From an uncultured Pseudomonadota bacterium (GTDB taxonomy: Bacteria; Myxococcota_A; Polyangia; Fen-1088): 64,000 nucleotides of DNA. How positions within the stretch are numbered: the stretch's first letter is position 1; each line of letters opens with the position of its first letter. The translations under genes and the position numbers were made by a program. Below the pieces are notes generated by a model. It worked only from the letters and a program-made list of their open reading frames with translations. It had not been told where the DNA came from and did not search any database. Location of the stretch: NCBI GenBank assembly GCA_963847705.1, contig CAWKBC010000001.1:64001-128000 (forward strand), given 5' to 3'. Below, piece after piece: positions 38,860-48,895 of this stretch.

Positions 38860-39501
38860 TCATCTCGCGTCCAGCGGCAGCCAGAGCAACACCAGGGTGT
38901 CCCACAGAAGGTGAGCCAACAGACTCGGTACCAGACTGGCGCTGGCGGCGCGCAGCGCACCCCAGGCCATCCCGCAGGAGAGCGCCGCCACGACGAGGAG
39001 AGGCGAGCCGAGGGGCGCATGGGCGAGCGCGTAGGCGATGGCCGCCAACGTGACGCCTCTCCACGGACCCAGGCGCCGCATGAGCGCCGTCTGGACGACG
39101 CCCCGCCAGACCAGCTCCTCACCGAGAATCACGGGTAAGAGCGCCAGCGCGGCGATGACCGGCGGTGGCCCGCGAAACGAGGCGTACAGACGCGCCGTGT
39201 CGATGGGGATGAACGGCAAGAGCCTGGCAAGCATCGGATAGAGGAGGTAGCTGGCGGCGGCCATCAAGCAACCTGCGGCGGCACCGACGAGAGCCAGTCG
39301 CGCGGTCGGGCGAAGGAGGCTGCGCGCCGCCGCGCGATCGCGCACGCAGACGGCGATGCCAAGCGCAACCGAGGCACCGCCGAGGGCGAGCCAGATCCCC
39401 AGCGCTCGCGCGCAGACGGAGGCAACGAGCCACACGATCACGCAGGCGAGCGCGAGCTTCGTCGTGGGCCGCGCCGCGATCTCGTCGCGGGCATCGCTCA
39501 A
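38860..39501 (-). CDS. CPBP (CAAX/Abi) intramembrane metalloprotease
   Basis: EELVWRG, YALAH and AHLLWD motifs; multiple TM helices. Confidence 0.85.
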   Translation of the reverse strand: MSDARDEIAARPTTKLALACVIVWLVASVCARALGIWLALGGASVALGIAVCVRDRAAARSLLRPTARLALVGAAAGCLMAAASYLLYPMLARLLPFIPIDTARLYASFRGPPPVIAALALLPVILGEELVWRGVVQTALMRRLGPWRGVTLAAIAYALAHAPLGSPLLVVAALSCGMAWGALRAASASLVPSLLAHLLWDTLVLLWLPLDAR

Positions 39502-40475
39502 ACCGGACGCTCCCGGAGTCCCCGGGCATGTTCGATGGCGGCCCAGGTGCCGCCCACCGGTTGCTGGCTCCGCTCGCCCTCGAGCGCCAGCCTGGCCCCC
39601 TCGGCGAACGCCAGCCGGTTCGGATGGTCGATGAGCCGCCAGAACCGGTCATCGCGGGCCAGGAGATCTTCGGTCAGGCCGACCACCACCTCGCGTGCCA
39701 CCGACCACTTCGCGCGCGTGACGAAGCGGACCCACAGGGACGACAGCCGCGGCGAGAGCAGGGGCACCTCGAGCATTCGTGGGTGCGGAAGTCCCAAGAC
39801 CCGCGCGGTCTCTTCGAGGATCTCCTTTCCGGAGAGCGTGAGCGGCCCGGGGATGTCGAAGCAGGCGCTGGCCGGCAGCTCCAGGTCGAGCGCCCGCACG
39901 AGAGCGATCACGACGTCGGCGATCGCCACCGGCTGCGTGCGCGACTTCAGCCACTGCGGCAAGACCATGAACGGCAACCGGGCGGCCAGATCGCGCACGA
40001 TGAGCCAGCTCAGGCTGCCCTGCCCGACGATCATGCTGGCGCGCAGCTCGATGGTCTTGACCGTGCCGGAGCGGAGCGCCTCGCCGACCTCCAGCCTGCT
40101 CCGCAGGTGCTCGGAGCCCGCGCCCGCCGGGGCGACGCCGCCGAGGTACACGATCCGTTCGACGCCCGCCGCGGCGGCCGCCCGGGAGAAGGTCGTTGCG
40201 GCTGCGACCTCGTGCTGGTGGTAGTGGGCGCCCTCGCCGATCCCGTGCACCAGGTAGACCGCCGCCTGGCAGCCGTCGAGCGCCCGGGCACAAGAGGCCG
40301 CATCCCCCACGTCACCCTCCACCCAGTCGAGCGCGGGCTGCCGCCGGCGCGCCCGGGCCACATCGCGGGTCAAGCAGCGGACGCGCCATCCCTTGGCGGC
40401 CAGCGCAGGCCGGACGGCGTTGCCGACGAAGCCCGTCGCGCCGGTCAGGAGGAGTGTGGGGTGGACAGCCGTCAT
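39498..40475 (-). CDS. NAD(P)-dependent epimerase / atypical SDR (YbjT-like)
   Basis: TGATGFVG, YLVH, IVYLGG, SEHLRSR, RASMIVG, QPVAIADV. Confidence 0.88.
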   Translation of the reverse strand: MTAVHPTLLLTGATGFVGNAVRPALAAKGWRVRCLTRDVARARRRQPALDWVEGDVGDAASCARALDGCQAAVYLVHGIGEGAHYHQHEVAAATTFSRAAAAAGVERIVYLGGVAPAGAGSEHLRSRLEVGEALRSGTVKTIELRASMIVGQGSLSWLIVRDLAARLPFMVLPQWLKSRTQPVAIADVVIALVRALDLELPASACFDIPGPLTLSGKEILEETARVLGLPHPRMLEVPLLSPRLSSLWVRFVTRAKWSVAREVVVGLTEDLLARDDRFWRLIDHPNRLAFAEGARLALEGERSQQPVGGTWAAIEHARGLRERPV

Positions 40476-41017
40476 GGTGTCGATGGGCCCTGCAGGGTTC
40501 GCACCAGGCGCGAGGTCTCGTAGCCTTGGGCTCGCAAGCGCGTCACGATCGCCTGGTAGGTCGCCTCGCTCATCGCCGGGGCGCGACTCAGAATCCAGAG
40601 GTAGTCGCGTCCGGGGTGACCGATGACGGCGTACGAGTAGTCCGGTGCGAGGTCGATGATCCAGTAGGGCGCCCAGAACGGGCGGAAGAAGCTCACCTTC
40701 AGCTTGGCGTTCGTGGCCCGGTCGACCAGCCGGGCGCGGCCGAGAGCCGCCTTCTCTTTCCCGTCCAGGGAGCCCAGACGGCAGCGGTTCATGACGTCGA
40801 GCTCGCCGTCGGCGCGCAAGGTGTAGGTCGCGGTCGTGCCGGTGCAGCCGCGCTCGAAGCTCTGCGGGAAGGCGGCGATCTCGTACCAGGTCCCCAGGTA
40901 GCGCCCGAGTTCGACGTGCGCCACCGTCTGGAGCGCAGGCAGGTGCAACCGCTCGGTCGTCGTGCTGGCGCAACCTGCCGTCCAGAGCGTCCCAATCAAG
41001 CCGACAAGACCTTTCAT
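40472..41017 (-). CDS. blc: lipocalin family lipoprotein
   Basis: TAGC lipobox; RYLGTWYEIA, LKVSFF, YWIIDL, YLWILSR. Confidence 0.9.
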   Translation of the reverse strand: MKGLVGLIGTLWTAGCASTTTERLHLPALQTVAHVELGRYLGTWYEIAAFPQSFERGCTGTTATYTLRADGELDVMNRCRLGSLDGKEKAALGRARLVDRATNAKLKVSFFRPFWAPYWIIDLAPDYSYAVIGHPGRDYLWILSRAPAMSEATYQAIVTRLRAQGYETSRLVRTLQGPSTP

Positions 41018-41067
41018 GGTGTTTCCCGCGATGCCCGAAGCGCGAATGGTTCTCCTCGTCTCTCCGC

Positions 41068-41712
41068 TCAAGCGCCCGGCATACCGTTGGGGTAGAGCAG
41101 GTGCCCGGAGCGCCGCGCCTTGGCTTCAAGGTAAGCGTGATTCAGAGGGCCGGGCTCCATGACGTGCGGAATGCGCGCCACGACCGGAATCCCGGCTTTG
41201 CTGAGCTGAGCAATCTTGTCCCGGTTGTTCGTCATGAGCGACACCGAGCGCACACCGAGCCGGCGCAGCATGCTGGCGGCGAACCCATAGTCGCGGCAGT
41301 CGTCCGGCAGACCGAGCGCCAGGTTGGCGTCGACGGTGTCGAGCCCTTTCTCCTGTTGCAACCGATAAGCGCGAATCTTGTTTGCCAGCCCGATGCCCCG
41401 CCCTTCCTGGCGGAGATACAGCAACACGCCGCAGGGGCGGGCAGCCAGACGCTCGAGGCCGCGGTCGAGCTGGTCGCGGCAGTCGCAGCGCAGGGAGCCG
41501 AACGCATCGCCGGTCAGACACTCCGAATGAATCCGGGTGGCCACCCGCTCCTGCCCGAACACGTCTCCCGAGACCAGCGCGACATGCTCCCGGCCAGTGG
41601 CGCCGTCGGTGAAGACGTGGATCCGGAAGAGTCCGTGCCGCGTCGGCAAGTCGGCGATGGGCGCCAGCTCCCCGGCCCGCTCGGCGTCGTTTGCAGGCAG
41701 GTTCGTGAACAC
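41068..41712 (-). CDS. ribA: GTP cyclohydrolase II
   Basis: RIHSECLTGD, RCDC, QEGRGIGL.NK, LMTNN. Confidence 0.92.
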   Translation of the reverse strand: MFTNLPANDAERAGELAPIADLPTRHGLFRIHVFTDGATGREHVALVSGDVFGQERVATRIHSECLTGDAFGSLRCDCRDQLDRGLERLAARPCGVLLYLRQEGRGIGLANKIRAYRLQQEKGLDTVDANLALGLPDDCRDYGFAASMLRRLGVRSVSLMTNNRDKIAQLSKAGIPVVARIPHVMEPGPLNHAYLEAKARRSGHLLYPNGMPGA

Positions 41713-41847
41713 AGTTGAGGAACGCGGCAGCCGGCTGCGCGGTTACAGACGAGACTGTTTGGTCATCCGGAATCTGCGCGCCAGCGCGGTCGAGGTGGTC
41801 GGTAACCCGCGAGGGGTCTGGCGCGTTCGATCCGGTGGAGGCGACAC

Positions 41848-42312
41848 ATGACAGACTTCGACGTTGAGGTGTTCTACGACGGTGCGTGTCCCCTTTGCAT
41901 GCGCGAGATCCGGATGTTGCGCCGCCGCGACCACCGCGCGCGCATTCGCTTCACGGACATCGCGGCCGAGGGCTTTGATTCCGCCGCCGTCGGCCTGACC
42001 TGGGAGGCGCTCATGGAGCGGATTCACGGCCGCCTGCCTGACGGCACGCTCATCGAGGGGGTGGAGGTCTTTCGCCGTCTTTACGCGGCCGTGGGGTTCC
42101 GAGTGTTGGTGACCCTCTCGCGCGCGCCCGGCGTCTCGCAGTTGCTCGAGCTCGCGTATCGCCTCTTTGCCAGGAACCGCCTCCGGCTGACCGGCCGGTG
42201 CGGGGCCGGCGCGTGCGAGCTGCACCAGGGGCCCGCCCGCCGTTCGCCGGCAGCGAGATCACGTGCGATGGCGGCGCGCTCCGAGGCCTCCGGGGGACGC
42301 GGCCTCACGTGA
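41848..42312 (+). CDS. DUF393/DCC1-like thiol-disulfide oxidoreductase
   Basis: [35 protein letters not shown]. Confidence 0.88.
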   Translation: MTDFDVEVFYDGACPLCMREIRMLRRRDHRARIRFTDIAAEGFDSAAVGLTWEALMERIHGRLPDGTLIEGVEVFRRLYAAVGFRVLVTLSRAPGVSQLLELAYRLFARNRLRLTGRCGAGACELHQGPARRSPAARSRAMAARSEASGGRGLT

Positions 42313-42379
42313 CCGAGCCCATGGGCGGCGATGAAACGCCCTGCTTGAATCGCCGAGGTTGAGATCCTAGGCTTCGTCC

Positions 42380-44500
42380 GTGCTGGCGAGATCCCCACGG
42401 TTCCCGGCCACGAGACGGTCCCGCGCTGGCGGCGCGCCCGGACGCAGCGGGACAGCCCTGGTGCTCGCCGGCCTGCTGGCCGGCGGCGGGCAGACGACGC
42501 AGGCCAAGCAGTCGGCGGCGGCCGCGCCGGCCCAAACGCCTCCGGCGGCCCCGTCGGCGGACGGTGGCGCGATCATGATCGTCGAGGGAGGTCACGCCGC
42601 GGGGCAGACGACGGCCGAGAACGCGCGGCGGGACGGCCTGACCGTCGTCGATCTCTCGGATGACTGGCTGCCGTACGTCTTTTCGGAGGAGCCAGGGAAG
42701 CCGCAGCCGCTCCGCCCCTATCTGATCGATCTGGCCAACGGGCGGTTCCGTTCGGGCAGCCAGTACGCGCGCGCCCGCGCCGACCGTTTCTTCGAGGCGT
42801 TCGGGATCTTCCCCAGCCTAAACCTGATGCGGCGAAGGCTGGCGGACAAGAAGCGGCACGCCTGCCACGCGCGGGTGAAGGACGGCGTGCTCGAGGAGCT
42901 GTCGGCCAGGAACGTGATCCCGGCGGAAGAGGCGGAGAAGGTTCCCAACCCCGACCCGGCGACGGCCAAGGAGACGCCGATGGTCACGACCGGGCGAACA
43001 ATCTCGCCGCGACCCTTGACCGCCCAGGAGAAGCGGGCCGTGATTGCCATGCAGGCCCACCTGCGCTGCGAGGATCTTCTCCCCGGCAAGGCGACCGCCG
43101 GGCGGATGGATCGCCGGACGTCGGAGGGACTGAAGACCTACCAGCATCTGCAGATGCTGGCGGACAACGCGAACCTCGATTTCGAGACCCGCACCGCGCT
43201 GCTGGGCGACAGCCGCGAGCAGGACTTTCGAGCGCTGCTGCGCGCGCTGCGGGCGCGCGTCGTCGACGTGACCGGCCTCATCGAGGACGGTTCGGCGCTG
43301 GGCGCGCAAGGTCAAGTGCAGGGCCGCGTGATCGACACCAATGAGTTCCAGCCGCTCTCCGCGCCACCAGGCGCCGCCAAGCCAACCCCGCCGTCGGCTG
43401 CCGCGGGATCAAACGCCAGCCCGCCCTCGGCCGCCGCGGGACCAAACACTGCCGCTGCGGCGACGGGGAGTGCCCCGCCCGCGGCCGCCGCCGAGGCGTC
43501 GGCCAAGATCGTCGCGGCGCCGGATCTGATCGCGGCGGCCACCCAGGCGGCCAGCCAGGCGCTGGGCTGGACCTCCCCGGACGCGGTCCTCGCCAGCACG
43601 CTGGTCGCGCCGCCGCCCGCCTCCAAACGGCCCGGGCGAAAGGCGGCCAAGCTCAAGGGGCCGGCGCCGCTGCCGGCCGCCGTGGCGATTCGTCTGCCGC
43701 CGCTGCCGCCGTACCACAGCCCCAACATGGAGCTGCGCGCGGAGATCGACCGCGGCGAGGTGGTCCTGGCGCGCCCACAGCTCGACAAGGACGGACACAA
43801 GAAGTGGAAGCCGCCGGTCGCCGATCGCCCGACCATCACGCTGTTTGCGCACGTGGGCGATCACGACGTGGCCCTGTGCCGCTGGCCGACCACCATCGGC
43901 GGCTGGAAGATGTTCCAGAAGTCCGACGGCACCATGGCGCTCAAGTACAAGGAGTCGGTCACGGGCGACGCCCTTTGGACCGAGGTCCTGGCCACGCCGA
44001 CCTGGCACCCGGCGCCGGGCATGCCCACCAGCCACCTGCTCATCAAGGTGGGGGATACGTTCGTGCCCAAGACCGAGATCATCGGCCCCGGCTACCACGC
44101 GGCCTATGGCCTGGTGGCGATGGTGCACAAGCAGATCCTCAGCGTGAACGACAAGGGCGAACCGGACCTCATGGACCTCCGCATCCGGACGCACGGCACG
44201 CCCGGCTACCGAACGGTCAAGCGCGGCGAGAGCAACGGCTGCCACCGGCTGCACAACTACGAGGCGCTCCGCCTGGCGGCCTTCCTCATCAAGCACCACG
44301 CGAACACGCGCGACGGCCTGGTGCCCGAGGACTACGTGCGGAAGCTCCAGTACAAGGGCCAGGAGGTCGAGCTGCTGAGTGACAGCAAGGGGTACCGCTT
44401 CAAGCTGACCCCGCCCGTGCCGGTGAAGGTGCTGGACGGCGACGTCAAAGGCAACGCCAAGTCCGTCAAGCACATGGTCCCGGTCGCCGCGGTGCCGTAG
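42380..44500 (+). CDS. L,D-transpeptidase-like (YkuD) exported protein with PG-binding-like segment (start uncertain)
   Basis: WPTTIGGW, PTWHP, GPGYHAAYGL, IRTHG...SNGCHRL active-site motif. Confidence 0.72.
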   Translation: MLARSPRFPATRRSRAGGAPGRSGTALVLAGLLAGGGQTTQAKQSAAAAPAQTPPAAPSADGGAIMIVEGGHAAGQTTAENARRDGLTVVDLSDDWLPYVFSEEPGKPQPLRPYLIDLANGRFRSGSQYARARADRFFEAFGIFPSLNLMRRRLADKKRHACHARVKDGVLEELSARNVIPAEEAEKVPNPDPATAKETPMVTTGRTISPRPLTAQEKRAVIAMQAHLRCEDLLPGKATAGRMDRRTSEGLKTYQHLQMLADNANLDFETRTALLGDSREQDFRALLRALRARVVDVTGLIEDGSALGAQGQVQGRVIDTNEFQPLSAPPGAAKPTPPSAAAGSNASPPSAAAGPNTAAAATGSAPPAAAAEASAKIVAAPDLIAAATQAASQALGWTSPDAVLASTLVAPPPASKRPGRKAAKLKGPAPLPAAVAIRLPPLPPYHSPNMELRAEIDRGEVVLARPQLDKDGHKKWKPPVADRPTITLFAHVGDHDVALCRWPTTIGGWKMFQKSDGTMALKYKESVTGDALWTEVLATPTWHPAPGMPTSHLLIKVGDTFVPKTEIIGPGYHAAYGLVAMVHKQILSVNDKGEPDLMDLRIRTHGTPGYRTVKRGESNGCHRLHNYEALRLAAFLIKHHANTRDGLVPEDYVRKLQYKGQEVELLSDSKGYRFKLTPPVPVKVLDGDVKGNAKSVKHMVPVAAVP

Positions 44501-44526
44501 CGGTCGATGACTCGGCCCGACCGTCT

Positions 44527-46173
44527 CTAGGGTAGAACGACGGTGTCGCTGGCCAGGTTGACCGCCCCGATGCGGGCCAGCGCCCGCCCGTTCAGGGTCG
44601 CCCCGCTGTTCAGCGTGATCGTCTGATCCGCCATGATGGTGCCGTCGAAGATGCTGGTCGCTCCGAGGGTGGCCGAGGTGCCGACCTGCCAGAAGACATT
44701 GGCGGCCAGGGCCCCGTTGCTGAGGATCACCTGACGGCCCACCGTGGTGGTCAGCGTCGACGCCATCTGGAAGATGAACACGGCGGTGCTGTCTCCCTGG
44801 GCATCGAGGGTCAGATCACCCGAGGAGATTTCCAGCGATGAGGTCGACATGTAGAGACCCGGGGTGAGCGTGAGGCTGCCCAGATTGCCGGCCACCAGGA
44901 CCGGGCACAACGTCCGCCCTTTGGCGTCGTTGTACGCGGTGAGCAGATCGGCGATCCCCTGGGCGGCGGTCGTATCGGTGACGTGCTGAAGGCCGACGAC
45001 GATTCCAGGCGGGAAGCCGGTGACGGCAGAGCCCGGGCTCACCCCCAGATCTCCCGCGATCATGGTGGGACCCCCGTTGGTGACGGTGGAGCCTGCCAGC
45101 ACCGCGAAAGCGCCCGCCGACTGGAGATCGACCGTCATCTGGCCGCAGGCCCCGGTGGTGAAGCTCCAACTGTACGGCGCGCCCAACGCACGGCCCCCCA
45201 GGTCCATGGCCCCGGTGGAGATGGTGACGGTGTAGACGAGCCCGAGGGCGAGCGGGGCGCCCGGCGTGAAGGTCAACGTGTTGGTCAGCCCATCGAGGAG
45301 CAAGGTGCCGAGCACCGGGGTCAGACCTTGCGCAACGGTGACCGTGAGCCCGTTGAGGGTCGCGGGATCCATCGCCTCGCTGAAGGTGGCGGCAGGTTTC
45401 ACGTTGCTCGACACGTTGATGGCGAGATTCGTCGGGCTGGTCGCCATGACCTGCGGCGGAAGGACGTCGGGGGCGGCGGTGAAGGTCCAGGTGTAGATGG
45501 CCGCCAGAGGTCGGCCGAGCGCGTCCTTGATCGCCGTGCTGAGCGACGCGGTGTAGACCAGGTTCGCGCTGAGCGCGACGGTGGGCGCAAAGGTGACGGT
45601 CATCGTGACCGGGTCATAGGTCACCGCGCCGTCGATGTTGGTCGCCCCTTGATTCAGCGTGAAGGTCGTCTTGCTGAACGTGGTTGAATCCATGGCCTCG
45701 TTGAAAGTGGCCGAGAGGAAGGGATTCAGCGGCACGTTGATCCCGTGGTCGACCGGTAAGGTCGAGAGCACCAGCGGACCGACGCCGCCCAGGCCACCGA
45801 GGCCGCCAACTCCACCCAGGCCGCCAATGCCGGCACCGCCACCGGCGCCACCAATGCCGCCGGTGCCGCGAACGCCGCCCACACCCCCGACGCCGGCAGC
45901 GCCACCGGCGCCACCGGTGCCGCGAACGCCGCCCACACCCCCGACGCCACCAATGCCGGCAACGCCACCAATGCCGCCACCGCCGTGCCCAGCGCCACCG
46001 GCGCCGCCGGCGTGCCCGGCGCTGCCACCACCTCCGCCGTGACCGGCGCCGCCACCGCCGGAGTTGGCCTCCGCGTCGGAACCGGCGTCGTCGAGGAAAT
46101 GAACCACTTGGCGCCCACAGGCGGGCGAGCAGGCCAGCAACAACAACACGATCGCGCGATTCGAATAGTTCAT
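44527..46173 (-). CDS. ice-binding protein (DUF3494) with two Big_5 Ig-like domains, lipoprotein
   Basis: FAVLAGSTVTN, GDLGVSPG, LTPGLY, LTLDAQGD, FIFQ, NVFWQVG, GRALA; ATFNEAMD...YTWTFT Ig repeats; Gly-rich linker. Confidence 0.9.
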   Translation of the reverse strand: MNYSNRAIVLLLLACSPACGRQVVHFLDDAGSDAEANSGGGGAGHGGGGGSAGHAGGAGGAGHGGGGIGGVAGIGGVGGVGGVRGTGGAGGAAGVGGVGGVRGTGGIGGAGGGAGIGGLGGVGGLGGLGGVGPLVLSTLPVDHGINVPLNPFLSATFNEAMDSTTFSKTTFTLNQGATNIDGAVTYDPVTMTVTFAPTVALSANLVYTASLSTAIKDALGRPLAAIYTWTFTAAPDVLPPQVMATSPTNLAINVSSNVKPAATFSEAMDPATLNGLTVTVAQGLTPVLGTLLLDGLTNTLTFTPGAPLALGLVYTVTISTGAMDLGGRALGAPYSWSFTTGACGQMTVDLQSAGAFAVLAGSTVTNGGPTMIAGDLGVSPGSAVTGFPPGIVVGLQHVTDTTAAQGIADLLTAYNDAKGRTLCPVLVAGNLGSLTLTPGLYMSTSSLEISSGDLTLDAQGDSTAVFIFQMASTLTTTVGRQVILSNGALAANVFWQVGTSATLGATSIFDGTIMADQTITLNSGATLNGRALARIGAVNLASDTVVLP

Positions 46174-47309
46174 TTGGCACTCCCCGGATTCACGATGACG
46201 AAACGGACCACGAACTCGACGCGTCGATTGTTTTCACGGCCGGCGGCGGTGGCATTGGTATCGAGAGGTTTGGACGAGCTCATACCCTTGGAGCCCAGGC
46301 GCTCCTTGGCCACGCCGTGGGCGACCAGATAGTCGAGCACGGCCTGGGCGCGATTTTCGGACAGGGTCTGGTTGTGCTCCTCCGCGCCGGAGGAGTCGGT
46401 GTGGCCCTCGACCTGGACCTGAAAGCTCTTGTTGTCGTTGAGGGCCTTGACGACCTCGTCGAGCACGGGGAACGAGGCCTCTTCGAGCGTGGCTTGATCC
46501 CAGCCGAAGTAGAGCTTCTCTTTCAGCTCCAGCTTGTCCGGTTTGACGACGATCCGCTCGTAGTGAGGGCAGCCGTAGCTCTCCATCTCGCCGCGCACGT
46601 CGGGGCAGCGGTCGATGCTGTCGGGGATGCCGTCGCCGTCTCTGTCTGGACAGGAGACGACCTGTTGGGTCTCGGTGCGGACCTCGGTCGGTGCGCACAC
46701 CACGGTCTCCTCCGGTGGCGGCGGCGGCCACACCTGGCGGGCGCCGAGCTCGAAGCTGAGGCCGATCGTCAGAATCTTGGCGTCGCGATCGTCGAAGCCG
46801 GCGTTTTGGGGCTGAATGACCTGGGTGTAGCGAACGAATGGTCCCATCCACACCGCGCGGGACCTTCCAACGGGCGCCTCGAGGCCGAGCGCGGCGTCGA
46901 AGCCGGGGCGGCTGATCTCACCGGTCTGAATGTAGAAGAAGTCGGCGTCGAGCCAGGGCGAGAGACCGCCCGCGCTCACCTCATCTTGAGGCCGCTTGAG
47001 CCGCAGGCCGCCGCCGACTCCCCAGACGCTCCCTGCTGCGTTCAGCTTCTGCTCGGCGGGGAGAAACATGAAGAAGGCGGCCGGGCCGAAGTCGAGGTAT
47101 CGGTTGATGCGGAAGAGGGCCTTCAACGATTCGCCGCCCCCGACGTCGTAAATCTGCGACTGGGGCGCCGACAAGGGAATGGCGATTCCCGGCTCCAGCT
47201 TGAGGCTGACGTGCACGGCATTCGCAGCCCTTGGAAGCGCCAGAATACCCACCACGACCAACACCACCAGACCAAAAGCCTCTCCTGCAACCCACGATCT
47301 TCGGCGCAT
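46170..47309 (-). CDS. OmpA family protein with beta-barrel and TSP3-like Ca-binding repeat
   Basis: DRDGDGIPDSIDRCP; VEGHTD, NQTLSENRAQAV, GRENNRRVEF. Confidence 0.92.
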   Translation of the reverse strand: MRRRSWVAGEAFGLVVLVVVGILALPRAANAVHVSLKLEPGIAIPLSAPQSQIYDVGGGESLKALFRINRYLDFGPAAFFMFLPAEQKLNAAGSVWGVGGGLRLKRPQDEVSAGGLSPWLDADFFYIQTGEISRPGFDAALGLEAPVGRSRAVWMGPFVRYTQVIQPQNAGFDDRDAKILTIGLSFELGARQVWPPPPPEETVVCAPTEVRTETQQVVSCPDRDGDGIPDSIDRCPDVRGEMESYGCPHYERIVVKPDKLELKEKLYFGWDQATLEEASFPVLDEVVKALNDNKSFQVQVEGHTDSSGAEEHNQTLSENRAQAVLDYLVAHGVAKERLGSKGMSSSKPLDTNATAAGRENNRRVEFVVRFVIVNPGSAK

Positions 47310-47459
47310 TCCACTCTCCCGTCGTTTTTTGGTGAGGCCCGACAATATGTATGCCCCCACCCCGGGATAGGGCTCCGAGGCAACTATCTTTGGTCGCCGC
47401 GAAGTTTGTCTTCCGGGCGCCGCCCCCGCCGTCCGGCGGGGTATGGTGACGGTGGAGCG

Positions 47460-48848
47460 ATGCGCGCAGCTCGATTCGCGTTGACCCAGCTCGGTGTGGC
47501 CCTGGTGGCCTTGGCGTGCGGCAGCAACTGCGGCGGGGGAGGCGGCGACGGGGCGAGCTGCTCGTTTTCGATCCTCGGCAACACCCTCAGCCCGAAGATG
47601 GCCACCGTCGGGATCGTCGAATGGTCAACCACCCTGTCGAACCTGGCGAGCGCCAGCGTCGTCTACACCCTGAACGGCGCGGCTCCCGGCGTGCTCAACA
47701 GGGGGGGGACGGCGCCGGTCGACCTGACGAAATCGAACAACCGCACGCTGCTGCTCGGGCTGAAACAGGCGAGCGACTACAGCTTCCACATCGAAGCCAC
47801 GGACGCGAAGGGCGCCGTGTGCAAGAGCCCGGACTACGGGTTGCCGACGACGGGCCTGCTGCCGGAGGCGCCCCTCATCTCGCGGACGGTCTCCCAGGCG
47901 GCCGCCCAGGCCCTGGGCTTCATCGTCACCAGCAGCGGCGTCACCTACGGCAACTACGCCATCATCATCGACGCCGACGGCGAGGTGGTCTGGTACGCCG
48001 ACGGCCCGACTCAATGTACGCGCGCCCGCATGGACTACGAGGGCGCGAACATGTGGATGGTGGCGGCCAACGAGGACAACTCGACGGGCGAGATGCGGTT
48101 CGTCTCCATGGACGGACAGACCCGCATGACCGACATCAGCGGCCTGGCCGACGCGCACCACGACTTTGCCGTGCTGCCCGGGAAAATTGCGGCGATGGTC
48201 TGGGCCACCACCGACATCGATGCCGAGAGCAACCTGGTTGAAATGAATTCTGACGGCTCGGGTGCGGCGACGACCGTCTTCGAGATCGGCTCGAACCTGT
48301 ACCTCGGTGCCCCGAGCACGGGGCAGAGCGCGGCGCCCCTGGCGTATCACTGCAATTCCATCCTCTATCACCCCGCCGACGACAGCTTCACGATCGGTGA
48401 CCGTTACCCCAACCTCTACGTGAAGGTCTCCCAGGCAGGTGTTCTCCAGTGGCAGTTCGGCGGCAGTTGCGCCAACGCCCCGGCCGGCGCATCACACTGT
48501 GTCGCGGAGAGCTGGCAGGTGAATCACGGTCATCACCTGCTGGACGACGGCACGATGCTGGTCTTCAACAACAATACCAACGGCAGCCCCTCCGATGCGC
48601 TGGAGTTCAAGCTGAGCACGACGGGCACGCTGGCTGCCACGCCGGTCAAGGACTTCGAATCCGGCAGCTTGACCAGCAATGTCCTCGGTGACGTGCAGAG
48701 GCTCCCCAACGGCAACACGCTCATCACCTACTCCACCGACGGCGTGATTCTCGAAGTCGACCCCTCCTGGGCCACGGTCCAGACGCTCACCGGAAGCTAC
48801 GGATACGCAGATTGGCGGGCGACCCTCTACGGCCCCCCGCCGCGGTGA
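47460..48848 (+). CDS. aryl-sulfate sulfotransferase-like lipoprotein
   Basis: ALAC lipobox; IIDADGEVVWY, AHHDF, YHCNSI, NHGHH, GDVQRLPNGNTLITY. Confidence 0.75.
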   Translation: MRAARFALTQLGVALVALACGSNCGGGGGDGASCSFSILGNTLSPKMATVGIVEWSTTLSNLASASVVYTLNGAAPGVLNRGGTAPVDLTKSNNRTLLLGLKQASDYSFHIEATDAKGAVCKSPDYGLPTTGLLPEAPLISRTVSQAAAQALGFIVTSSGVTYGNYAIIIDADGEVVWYADGPTQCTRARMDYEGANMWMVAANEDNSTGEMRFVSMDGQTRMTDISGLADAHHDFAVLPGKIAAMVWATTDIDAESNLVEMNSDGSGAATTVFEIGSNLYLGAPSTGQSAAPLAYHCNSILYHPADDSFTIGDRYPNLYVKVSQAGVLQWQFGGSCANAPAGASHCVAESWQVNHGHHLLDDGTMLVFNNNTNGSPSDALEFKLSTTGTLAATPVKDFESGSLTSNVLGDVQRLPNGNTLITYSTDGVILEVDPSWATVQTLTGSYGYADWRATLYGPPPR

Positions 48849-48895
48849 AAGATCGCTCCAACCTGGGCAGGACTCAGCCGAGGCAGGCGCCGCGC

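Noticed and set aside
46317-47459. N-terminal extension of the 843-aa ORF
   Set aside because: Antisense to ompA; the real lipoprotein starts at 47460.
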